Virus record (IMG/VR): IMGVR_UViG_3300019776_000564 | Location: 44,019 to 108,018 of that record | Reading direction: 5' to 3' (one strand) | DNA from: a virus | DNA: 64,000 nt | Part shown: positions 1 through 7,557 of the stretch, one piece after another | Position numbering within the stretch: position 1 is the first letter of the stretch | Layout of the letters: each line of letters opens with the position of its first letter | Position numbers and translations under genes: made by a program | Notes under the pieces: model-generated | Seen by the model: the letters and a program-made list of their open reading frames with translations, nothing else | What the model was told of the DNA's origin: nothing | The model's database searches: none

Positions 1-372
1 AAGACCGTAAATCAGTGAGTTTGAAACTATCTCCCACTGTCTCTCTGACAAAGGAAGCATCAGAAAGCCCGGGTTTATTGAGCGAGCAAAGGTGGCATCA
101 CCACTCGACGGAGAAGTATCCGAAGGTATGGCCCAGGGAGAGTACGACTTTACAATCGCATCATCCCGGTCAAGCGATTCGTCTATGAATCCACACGGCA
201 CAAACGAATGAAACATGCCCATAGAACCACTGATGAACGCTTTGTCTGCGTTATTCTGCTCGCTGCATCGAAGCATGATGCCTTTACCTCGCATCACTTT
301 AGCCATTCGAGTCATAAGGCTGAGAACGTCAGAAGGAGTGTTGCTTGAACCACCTGCTGCATAAGCTCTCAT
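1..372 (-). CDS. DprA/Smf-like (SLOG superfamily) protein, partial (runs off window start), degenerate
   Basis: Manual translation from ATG at 372: MRAYAAGGSSNTPSDVLSLMTRMAKVMRGKGIMLRCSEQNNADKAF..., resembling phage SLOG 'YAGIGSRxTP...LRSGGAxGADxAF'; open to position 1; absent from the ORF track because it has no stop in the window. Confidence 0.55.
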   Translation of the reverse strand, partial: MRAYAAGGSSNTPSDVLSLMTRMAKVMRGKGIMLRCSEQNNADKAFISGSMGMFHSFVPCGFIDESLDRDDAIVKSYSPWAIPSDTSPSSGDATFARSINPGFLMLPLSERQWEIVSNSLIYGL

Positions 373-407
373 CTTTATTTCTCTTGTCGCTGCGTTTCGA
401 TGAGTGA

Positions 408-436
408 ACTTTATAGACGCTGTGTAAGGTTAGCAA
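408..436 (-). promoter_or_regulatory. sigma70-like promoter for the leftward gene
   Basis: Minus strand TTGCTA-17 nt-TAAAGT upstream of ATG 372. Confidence 0.55.
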
Positions 437-492
437 GCGCTTTGTGTAAGTTTTTTATTGAAGCCCACTTAAGATGATTGGATAAAAATCTC

Positions 493-522
493 TTGCAAAC
501 CTTTCAGACGCTCGGATAGTAT
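493..522 (+). promoter_or_regulatory. sigma70-like promoter of the tRNA cluster
   Basis: TTGCAA-18 nt-TAGTAT, ending 12 nt before the first tRNA. Confidence 0.5.
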
Positions 523-534
523 CCACTTCGTTGA

Positions 535-611
535 TGCGGGTTAGCTCAGACGGTCAGAGCGGCGGACTCATAATCCACAGGTCACTGGTTCAAATCCAGT
601 ACCCGCATCCA
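535..611 (+). tRNA. tRNA-Met/Ile2 (anticodon CAT)
   Basis: Cloverleaf: TGCGGGT/ACCCGCA acceptor, GCTC/GAGC D-stem, CTCATAA loop, TTCAAAT T-loop, encoded CCA; C:A mismatch in anticodon stem, U73. Confidence 0.9.
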
Positions 612-617
612 GTTTCT

Positions 618-693
618 TGGGGTATAGCTCAGTTGGTAGAGCAAACGGCTGTTAACCGTTAGGTCACTGGTTCGAGTCCAGTTTCCCCAGCCA
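618..693 (+). tRNA. tRNA-Asn (GTT)
   Basis: Cloverleaf with AACGG-CTGTTAA-CCGTT anticodon arm, G73, encoded CCA. Confidence 0.93.
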
Positions 694-696
694 AAA

Positions 697-790
697 GCGA
701 GAATCTCGGTGTAATCCTCAGAAAGGTCTGTTGATTCACAGCGAGAGTCGAGAAATCAACCGGCGTGGTGCCGCCGTTCTCGCAGCACCA
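697..790 (+). ncRNA. tRNA-like structured RNA of unknown function
   Basis: 7-bp terminal stem GCGAGAA/TTCTCGC stacked on a CGGCG/CGCCG hairpin, ends in ...GCACCA, lies between two tRNAs, has no canonical D or anticodon arm. Confidence 0.6.
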
Positions 791-797
791 AGATTTC

Positions 798-882
798 GTC
801 GTTTGATTCCACTCTGGGAAGTGGTAGGGGCTGTAACCCCCGAGTCGTTGACTGCGTGGTTCGATTCCATCAAACGGCACCA
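798..882 (+). tRNA. tRNA-Tyr (GTA), non-canonical fold
   Basis: GTCGTTTG/CAAACGGC acceptor, CCACT/AGTGG D-stem, GGGG-CTGTAAC-CCCC anticodon arm, AGTC/GACT variable arm, GTGG-TTCGATT-CCAT T-arm, A73, CCA. Confidence 0.8.
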
Positions 883-887
883 AATAT

Positions 888-964
888 TGGTGATTAGCTC
901 AGTCGGATAGAGCATCCGCCTTCTAAGCGGATGGTCACAGGTTCAAGTCCTGTATCACCAACCA
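888..964 (+). tRNA. tRNA-Arg (TCT)
   Basis: TGGTGAT/ATCACCA acceptor, TCCGC-CTTCTAA-GCGGA anticodon arm, CCA. Confidence 0.93.
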
Positions 965-967
965 GAC

Positions 968-994
968 AAAAGCCCCTTAAGTAAGGGGCTTTTT
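968..994. terminator. bidirectional intrinsic terminator
   Basis: AAAAGCCCCTT-AAGT-AAGGGGCTTTTT between the convergent tRNA cluster and helicase. Confidence 0.85.
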
Positions 995-1013
995 GTTGTC
1001 TGAAAATCACTGC

Positions 1014-2708
1014 TTATATAGAGAGCTTTTTCAGACCAAAGGATTCAAAGTCGAACGACTTTACGATGTTCTCCCCAAATCCCGGCGTCTCCTGAATGAT
1101 TCTCAGGCACTCTCTGCTGTGACTGTTAGTGTGGTTGTTCCAGTTGTCGTTGAACATGACGACAAAGCACACGTTCGGGCCTGATTTTTTAGAGCGAAGA
1201 CCTCGACCGATTCTCTGGCGAACAGCCACTTCCGCTTTGCCGCCTCCAGCGAGAATAACCATCCCAACGGATGGAACGTCAACGCCGACATCAAGAATGG
1301 TTGTACCGATCAGAACATCAAGCTTGCCGGCTCCGAGCATATCCAGAGCTTTCTGACGTTCCTCCTGCGAGTCCTCACCTCTAATGAACTCAGCACGAAG
1401 ACCTGCCGCTTTGAGAAGATTCTTGAGGATGTCGCCGTGATCAGTGCGCTGGACAAGAATCATGGTGGTCAAACCATATTTCTTGGCCTCAATTGCGTGC
1501 TTCAGGATCTGGGTATTCCGACCCGGGTTCTTAACGATCCCGCGCTCGTAAGCTACAGGGAAAGCAGAGCCTCTGTTTACGCCCGCGCATGGAGTGCTAT
1601 CAACGAACTTGAAGTATGGCGTGGCGAGAATGCCCTTATCGATAAGCTCCTTCTCCGAGACTCGAATGCCGATCGTACCTGCGACGGCTGCCAATCTCAT
1701 GTTCGCTTCCTGCGAATCCTTCATGTTTGGGGTCGCAGTAAGTGCCAGGCGATAGTTGGCGTTCGTCATGGCATTACAGAGGTCGAAGAACCCGGTGCCG
1801 GATACTTCATGAGCCTCTTCGAGGGTCAGAAAGCCTATGCACTCAAGGAACTTAACCGTTTCGGCTCTTACCTTGGCTTTCTTGTCTGCCGTCGCTTGAG
1901 CCTTCGTTCTTACCTCGCGCTCATCAATGGCATACTTCTCGTTTACCTTTTTCTTGAGATATTCGATCTTGTCCAGAACGGATTTATCGGCTTTTCTCAG
2001 AAGGGCCGGGTTGACTGGAAGGTTTGCCTTTTTCAGAACCTCTTCGATCTTCTTATCCAGCATAGAAACATGCTTGTCCAAGAGTCGGTTTAGCTCGATC
2101 TCAAACGAGGACTCTTCCATTCTTGATACGAGGGTATCAACGATGGCGAAGTTCACGCCATTTGGTTGAGGGTTCCAGTGACCATCACCTAGAAAACCGA
2201 TCGGTCTAGATGATTTGACCGATTTGTACCCTTTAGCCATCTGGTACATAAGCGATTTTCGAGTGGTGATGAACAGTGTGGGTAGATTCAAGCGCTCACA
2301 GCACAATTTAAAGATCTCAGACTTACCCCCACCCGTTGCCACTTGCGCTGTCATGCGCTGTAGCTGCACCAGACGCTGCATCGTCTTCGTTTGATAGTCG
2401 TATCGCGGGTCAGCAGGGAAGTCGCTCACAACGGGCTGTAGAGGGCCGGCAGGGTCTGGAACGACTTTGCCTTTTACGATCACTCTGTAGCCATGTTTCT
2501 CCAGAGTATTTCTTACCAGTCTAACGAAGCCGGTAGGGAAGAAGTCTTTGCTCATATCGAACATTGAGCCATGAGCTACGCCCATGCCTTTGATACCACT
2601 CTCAATCTTGTAGGAGAGCAGTTCGTTCACGATAAGCCTTGCATTGCGATCTGGCTCGATCAGTCTCGCCCGCACAGCGTTGTGGACGATTTTCAAAGTT
2701 TTGGACAT
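1014..2708 (-). CDS. superfamily 2 DNA/RNA helicase
   Basis: Q motif DYQ, Walker A ATGGGKS, motif II EEAH, motif III TATP, motif V GVDVP, motif VI QRIGRGLR. Confidence 0.9.
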   Translation of the reverse strand: MSKTLKIVHNAVRARLIEPDRNARLIVNELLSYKIESGIKGMGVAHGSMFDMSKDFFPTGFVRLVRNTLEKHGYRVIVKGKVVPDPAGPLQPVVSDFPADPRYDYQTKTMQRLVQLQRMTAQVATGGGKSEIFKLCCERLNLPTLFITTRKSLMYQMAKGYKSVKSSRPIGFLGDGHWNPQPNGVNFAIVDTLVSRMEESSFEIELNRLLDKHVSMLDKKIEEVLKKANLPVNPALLRKADKSVLDKIEYLKKKVNEKYAIDEREVRTKAQATADKKAKVRAETVKFLECIGFLTLEEAHEVSGTGFFDLCNAMTNANYRLALTATPNMKDSQEANMRLAAVAGTIGIRVSEKELIDKGILATPYFKFVDSTPCAGVNRGSAFPVAYERGIVKNPGRNTQILKHAIEAKKYGLTTMILVQRTDHGDILKNLLKAAGLRAEFIRGEDSQEERQKALDMLGAGKLDVLIGTTILDVGVDVPSVGMVILAGGGKAEVAVRQRIGRGLRSKKSGPNVCFVVMFNDNWNNHTNSHSRECLRIIQETPGFGENIVKSFDFESFGLKKLSI

Positions 2709-2788
2709 AGATCACTTCCACTATTAGGTGTCAACCGCTATTGTACAACCACTGTAAGGTTATCAACCAACACTAACAAGGCAAACCA

Positions 2789-3574
2789 ATGATTGACGAC
2801 GATTTCTCCGATCTTGACGACCTGGAAATGAACCTCAACGACCTCGCCGCTGTAAATGAGGCAATCGAAAAGGCCAAGATCGTACCTACAACAGAGATGG
2901 ACGTTGAGTATGCAAACCCTCACGACCTTCTACCGAACCCCTGGAATCCAAACTCTGTAGACCCGGTAAACCAAGCAAAGCTTGAGAACTCCATCAAGCG
3001 TGATGGCATCAAGCGCCCTATCGTTGTTCGTCAGCTTGATAACGGCGATTTCCAGATCATCGGCGGTCAGCACCGAACAGAAGCAGCTATTGAGCTTGGC
3101 ATGAAGAAAGTGCCAATCATCAACAGAGGCAAGATCAGCGATGCAGAGGCGAAGAAAGAAACGCTTCTGGACAACTATCGATACGGCTCAGACAACCTTG
3201 ATCGACTGTCCGCCCTTCTGAGTGACCCTGAGATTGGCGACGCCGCTACCCTGCTCGACACTATGCCTATCGATGAAGAGGAACTGGCCGAATACTTCAG
3301 CCACGTAACCTCTGAAAACATAGATATGGAGATCGAAGACGCTTTGGATGACGGCACAAAATCGGACGATGAAGACGACGATGTTGTAGATTTGAGTACC
3401 GGCAAGCCTCTGAGAACTCACCAGATTATTCGGTTCCGCGTTTCAATCGAAGATCAGACAAAACTGGCTGAACTGCTGAAGAAGGTAAAGATTGACGAGG
3501 GCTATGTGACCTCAGACGACCTTACCAATGATGGTGACGCTTTGATTCACATGCTGAGAGATCAGTTTGAATGA
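2789..3574 (+). CDS. ParB/Srx N-terminal-domain protein
   Basis: PNPWNPN, SIKRDG..PIVV, IIGGQHR motifs; acidic linker. Confidence 0.85.
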   Translation: MIDDDFSDLDDLEMNLNDLAAVNEAIEKAKIVPTTEMDVEYANPHDLLPNPWNPNSVDPVNQAKLENSIKRDGIKRPIVVRQLDNGDFQIIGGQHRTEAAIELGMKKVPIINRGKISDAEAKKETLLDNYRYGSDNLDRLSALLSDPEIGDAATLLDTMPIDEEELAEYFSHVTSENIDMEIEDALDDGTKSDDEDDDVVDLSTGKPLRTHQIIRFRVSIEDQTKLAELLKKVKIDEGYVTSDDLTNDGDALIHMLRDQFE

Positions 3575-3738
3575 CCAATCAAAGCGAAAAGAACTCGGTA
3601 GAAGAAAGAATACGCCGGCGAGAAATTATCGAAAAGGCGGCTCAGAAAGCCAGAGAAAAAGAAGAACGAAGACCGATGAACCCGGACTACGACTTCTCCT
3701 GGGAAAACACCAATTTCGAGAGAAACGACTATGACTGA
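3571..3738 (+). CDS. small hypothetical protein (55 aa)
   Basis: ATGA overlap with the upstream stop; fills the gap to the next gene; MTNQSEKNSVEERIRRREII...RNDYD; below the ORF-track size cutoff. Confidence 0.6.
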   Translation: MTNQSEKNSVEERIRRREIIEKAAQKAREKEERRPMNPDYDFSWENTNFERNDYD

Positions 3739-4423
3739 AGCCTACCAAAAGAAAGACGAGATCTGGTCTATTGACCGCCTTGTCCCTTATGCAATGAACA
3801 GCAAGAAGCACGACCCTAAACAGGTCGCTAAAATTGCTGCGTCCATCAGCAAGCACGGGTGGACTACAAGGATCATCGTTGAGCCGGATGGGACGATCAT
3901 TGCGGGCCATGGTCGACGACTAGCGGCAATCGATCTGATGCAGGAGAAGGTTCCAGTTACAGTCCTTCACGGTATCAGCAAGGAGCAAGCAAAAGCTCTG
4001 CGGATCATCGACAACAAGACGAACGAAGGTGGTCACGACACTGCGATCCTCAGTCAGGAGCTTAAAGAGCTTATTCTGGAAGATGGCATTGATATGAGTG
4101 ACTTCTTCGATGTCCGGGATCTGAGCTTCGCCATTGAAGATCTTGGCGAACTGGATATGGAAAGTCTCAGTCCTGATATCACACCAGAAGTTGCTGAGCA
4201 AACCACCAGAACCGAGCAGCAAATCGAAGAGACTGATGAGAACGAGGTTAGCCTTACAAAGGCAATCGGCATCAGCAGAATCAGTGGTTCGCAGGCGAGA
4301 GAAATGAAGCGCTATGTCGGCTTTGCTCAGGACTACTACAACTGCGACCCAGCAGAAGCGATGCTGAGAGCGTTGGAAGACTGGTATAGCGGCAATAAGC
4401 TGGATGAGGATGACTGCAAATGA
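3731..4423 (+). CDS. ParB/Srx N-terminal-domain protein
   Basis: LVPYAMNSKKH, IAASISKHGW, IIAGHGRRLAA, RIIDNK motifs typical of phage ParB-like domains often linked to DNA modification. Confidence 0.85.
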   Translation: MTEAYQKKDEIWSIDRLVPYAMNSKKHDPKQVAKIAASISKHGWTTRIIVEPDGTIIAGHGRRLAAIDLMQEKVPVTVLHGISKEQAKALRIIDNKTNEGGHDTAILSQELKELILEDGIDMSDFFDVRDLSFAIEDLGELDMESLSPDITPEVAEQTTRTEQQIEETDENEVSLTKAIGISRISGSQAREMKRYVGFAQDYYNCDPAEAMLRALEDWYSGNKLDEDDCK

Positions 4424-5055
4424 CCACATATACAGTAAACAAGTCCTTTTCCAGCAACGTTGTTCGTAGCCGGCGTGTCCTTGAGGTTGCAGAAGGCTTT
4501 GGTCTTGGCCTTGAGGACAAGGACTTTACCGTATACAAGGACTTCAAGATCGATGTCAGTCAGGGTGATGTTGTGTATATCACAGGGCAGTCTGGTTCGG
4601 GTAAGTCTCTCCTGCTTAAGGAGCTTGCAAAGCAGATCTCCGAAGAGCAGTCGGTAGCAGATATCGACCTCGTTAAGTACCAAGAGATCCCTTTGATTGA
4701 CCAAATCGGTTCGAGCACCGATGAAGCCATTCAAATCCTCAGCCTAGCCGGCCTGAACGACGCATACCTGCTTGTTCGTAAGCCAAGCGAGTTGTCTGAC
4801 GGGCAGCGCTATCGCTTCCGTATCGCGCTCCTGATGCAGTCAGGTTGCAAGGTCTGGATTGCAGATGAATTTGGCGCTGTTCTCGACCGTGTAACCGCTA
4901 AGGTTGTGGCTTTTAACCTTCGCAAGCAGGCTGCAAAGGTTGGGGCTACAGTGATCGTTGCTACCACACACAAAGACCTCAGAGACGAGCTTGCGCCCAC
5001 TATCTATGTGGACAAACGTTTCAAGGACAAAATCAACGTTGAGGTGGCGGAATGA
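4420..5055 (+). CDS. soluble ABC-family ATPase (no permease partner)
   Basis: Walker A GQSGSGKS, signature LSDGQRYR, Walker B VWIADEF, H-loop ATTH. Confidence 0.88.
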   Translation: MTTYTVNKSFSSNVVRSRRVLEVAEGFGLGLEDKDFTVYKDFKIDVSQGDVVYITGQSGSGKSLLLKELAKQISEEQSVADIDLVKYQEIPLIDQIGSSTDEAIQILSLAGLNDAYLLVRKPSELSDGQRYRFRIALLMQSGCKVWIADEFGAVLDRVTAKVVAFNLRKQAAKVGATVIVATTHKDLRDELAPTIYVDKRFKDKINVEVAE

Positions 5056-5405
5056 AATTTCGCAAAAAGCCTGTTGTGATTGAAGCAACTCAGTGGTTCA
5101 AGAACGGCGATCACCCGCTTGATCATGACCCTATCGGAATCGCCAACCCGTCAAGCGTGGACTTGGCTAAGTACGACGAATACAAGCAGTTTGAAGGCAA
5201 GGTTGTTCGCTATTTCAGAGATCCATATACCGCTGGCAGCAGCATTTGTAAGCACTGCGGTGAAACCATGCACAATCATGGTTGGATCGATACTTTGGAA
5301 GGCGGTCACATCGTCTGCCCGGGTGACTGGATCATCACCGGAGTAGCGAACGAAAAATACCCGTGCAAACCTGACATTTTTGAAGCCACATACGAGAAGG
5401 TATGA
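5052..5405 (+). CDS. conserved phage protein (KKPVVIEA...TLEG...PGDWII...YPCKPDIF family)
   Basis: Recognisable family motifs; ATGA-coupled to neighbours. Confidence 0.75.
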   Translation: MKFRKKPVVIEATQWFKNGDHPLDHDPIGIANPSSVDLAKYDEYKQFEGKVVRYFRDPYTAGSSICKHCGETMHNHGWIDTLEGGHIVCPGDWIITGVANEKYPCKPDIFEATYEKV

Positions 5406-5686
5406 TCATGAAGCACGAAAAATTCGCAATCTGGCTGTCCGGGTTTACCGATCTGAACATGGGCAATGTGCCAACAAAAGAACAGTGGGATCTGATCACT
5501 GAAAGGCTGGCGGAATGCTTTGACGAAGTTCAGGAGCTTTCCGTAAAGCAGCAGTACCGTTCTCCAACCTATGGGTTATTTGCAGGTCAACCTTCTGACG
5601 CTCTCTTGAGAGCTACCTCAGTGGCTGATGCGATTTCACTGGCTGCATCAACTGCCTCTGCTGTCACAAATACTGCCAAACGATAG
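5402..5686 (+). CDS. hypothetical protein
   Basis: ATGA-coupled ORF; FAIWLSGF...PTKEQWDLI motif seen in small phage proteins. Confidence 0.65.
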   Translation: MIMKHEKFAIWLSGFTDLNMGNVPTKEQWDLITERLAECFDEVQELSVKQQYRSPTYGLFAGQPSDALLRATSVADAISLAASTASAVTNTAKR

Positions 5687-5759
5687 GCAAAACTTACACA
5701 AAGCCTAATCAAAAAGGTACTCTTTACAGAGTACCTTTTCCGTATCTGGAGCAGAGCAA

Positions 5760-6098
5760 ATGTCAGAACTAATCAAAGTGGATTTCAAGGAACGCAAGGT
5801 TGTCAATCGAGTAGACCTTGAAGCTCCGGTGCCGGAGTGGTCTGCTAAGAAAGATCCATACTTCAAGGGTTTCATTGAAGGCATCATCCTTAGCGCAGAA
5901 GAAATGCACAAAAGCGGTGGTGATTGGCGTCGAATGGTCATCGTGCTTCAGGATGAAACGTCTTTAGAGGGCGATGTGTGCATTACTCTTTGGGACAAGA
6001 ACGTTGTTACGGATGAGCAGGCTTCGGATATTCTGATGATTGCCTGTAACAAGATCGACATCAGAGCGGAGGAGAAAGCCTCATATGAAGAATCCTGA
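5760..6098 (+). CDS. hypothetical protein
   Basis: ORF with RBS in operon; N-terminal LIKVDF motif. Confidence 0.65.
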   Translation: MSELIKVDFKERKVVNRVDLEAPVPEWSAKKDPYFKGFIEGIILSAEEMHKSGGDWRRMVIVLQDETSLEGDVCITLWDKNVVTDEQASDILMIACNKIDIRAEEKASYEES

Positions 6099-6966
6099 AT
6101 TTGAAACGGTAATCGAGCTTAACCCGTCCGCTAAACCAAGATTTTCCTTGCTTGATGGGATGCGAGTAGAGAGAGGAACAAAAGATGATTGGGCGATGCT
6201 TCATGACCTTCATTACAAGGCTGAGAACCTACCTGCCGGCCCTCGTTTTTGGCGCTGCGTCACTGCTGATGGCGACCTCGTTGGTATCGTTGTGCTTAGC
6301 ACCGTCAGCCTACTACTCGCCCCGCGTCATCAGGTATTCCCGAAGCTCAAACCTGGCAAAGACAGCCATTTTACTAACGTCCACCGGGCCACGTTTCTAA
6401 ACGCGAACTTTAAGCGAGCAGCAAGGATCGTTACGGACACGATGTACCGCGGTATTGGTGTTGCATACAGAATGGTAAACCTTGCCATGAGGATGGAAGG
6501 GATGAGGTTCATCGAGATTCAATCCTCGATGTCCAAGTTCAACCCATTCGATGTAAAGGCCGGGTTCAAGCACGCTCACCTGAAACCAGCGGCAGCTTAT
6601 GAGCAGGGTCTGAAATTCATGCGATCCCAGTTCAAAGCTCACCCTGCGGATCATCAAGCGATCATGACCGAGCTTAATAGCTTCAGTCCTGCTCACCAGA
6701 AGCGTGTGATGACAGCCATGCAAGAGTTCTATTACCGCCACAGCGCGCGTGAGAAGACAGGGAGCAACCTCAATGCGGGTACGAGTAAAGTACAAGCGAT
6801 GGCCGCCCCACACCTTCTCAGGGAGCTTCAGCAGCTTGTGTTCGCGAGTCCAGTTTATGGGATCTGGGAGAACCCGGATCTAGGTAAAGAAATTCCACAA
6901 TCGCTTCCACTCCGGGCTTTTGATTTGCAAGGCCCGAATCAACCACTGAGGTTAGATCTGCTATGA
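6085..6966 (+). CDS. GNAT-fold acyltransferase, Mom-like/ABC-associated type
   Basis: LHY motif, RIVTDTMYRGIGVA acyl-CoA-binding motif, NPF..KAGF; start moved to ATG 6085 (GGAGGAG upstream). Confidence 0.75.
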   Translation: MKNPEFETVIELNPSAKPRFSLLDGMRVERGTKDDWAMLHDLHYKAENLPAGPRFWRCVTADGDLVGIVVLSTVSLLLAPRHQVFPKLKPGKDSHFTNVHRATFLNANFKRAARIVTDTMYRGIGVAYRMVNLAMRMEGMRFIEIQSSMSKFNPFDVKAGFKHAHLKPAAAYEQGLKFMRSQFKAHPADHQAIMTELNSFSPAHQKRVMTAMQEFYYRHSAREKTGSNLNAGTSKVQAMAAPHLLRELQQLVFASPVYGIWENPDLGKEIPQSLPLRAFDLQGPNQPLRLDLL

Positions 6967-7304
6967 AACCGTTGACCACAAAACAGCGTCACCTGATTAA
7001 AGTGATCGTCATGGGGAACCTTGATGTATCGGGGAACCGGATCTCGAATGTGGATATCTATCAGATCCAATCGAGGGTTCCGTATCAGACAACCCGGGAG
7101 TCACTGATGTGCAGCCTACCTATCCTTGAGAAGCAGGGATGGATAGTGAAGGCAGGTAAAGATAACCGGGACGGTAGAATGAAGCAGACCTGGGAACCAA
7201 CAGCTTTAGCTATCCGGGTTGTTAATCCATCTCCAGTTTCTAAGGAACCGGAGTATGTAGAGATCGATGGGGATGATGATGTGGTTTTGTTGGAACTGAC
7301 TTGA
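6963..7304 (+). CDS. winged-helix DNA-binding protein (putative)
   Basis: Helix-wing pattern TTRESLMCSLPILEKQGWIVK...RDGRMKQTWEPT. Confidence 0.6.
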   Translation: MKPLTTKQRHLIKVIVMGNLDVSGNRISNVDIYQIQSRVPYQTTRESLMCSLPILEKQGWIVKAGKDNRDGRMKQTWEPTALAIRVVNPSPVSKEPEYVEIDGDDDVVLLELT

Positions 7305-7313
7305 TCCGGGTGC

Positions 7314-7381
7314 CTGCTTTCCCTTTATTAAGCTTGTTCTTTTAAGCTTGTATCTTACAAGTTGTTAAAAGGGACAAGCAG
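7314..7381. repeat. long imperfect AT-rich inverted repeat, copy 1
   Basis: CTGCTTTCCCTTT...AAAAGGGACAAGCAG arms, internal TTAAGCTTGT x2 and CTTACAAG; similar to 35896-35959. Confidence 0.65.
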
Positions 7382-7557
7382 TATAATCTTACAGAGCAAG
7401 GGCTAAAGCAATAGGTACTTGAAATAAAGTCTGAATCCCGACGAAATACCTGCAAATGGCTCTCATTTGACAATTCCGGGATCGGCTGATCCAATGATGG
7501 CCATTACTTAAGTGATCCATTAGGCAGAGAGCCATACCCTCTGCCTACCTTTTTGCG

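Noticed and set aside
415-512. AGACGCT heptamer in several intergenic regions (415, 506, 40691, 43863)
   Set aside because: Short and also common in coding sequence; enrichment cannot be shown by eye.
720-760. Hammerhead ribozyme or Sec/opal-suppressor tRNA in the ncRNA (CTGTTGA...GAAA; TTCA)
   Set aside because: Core deviates from CUGAnGA, flanking helices do not fit, and no 7-nt anticodon loop can be drawn.
659-883. 74-aa minus-strand ORF
   Set aside because: Overlaps tRNA/ncRNA genes; spurious.
2789-4423. Plasmid partition locus
   Set aside because: No ParA, no recognisable ParB HTH and no parS-like array; only the N-terminal ParB/Srx domains are evident.
4420-5055. ABC transporter
   Set aside because: No permease or binding-protein genes nearby; neighbourhood points to a soluble ATPase.
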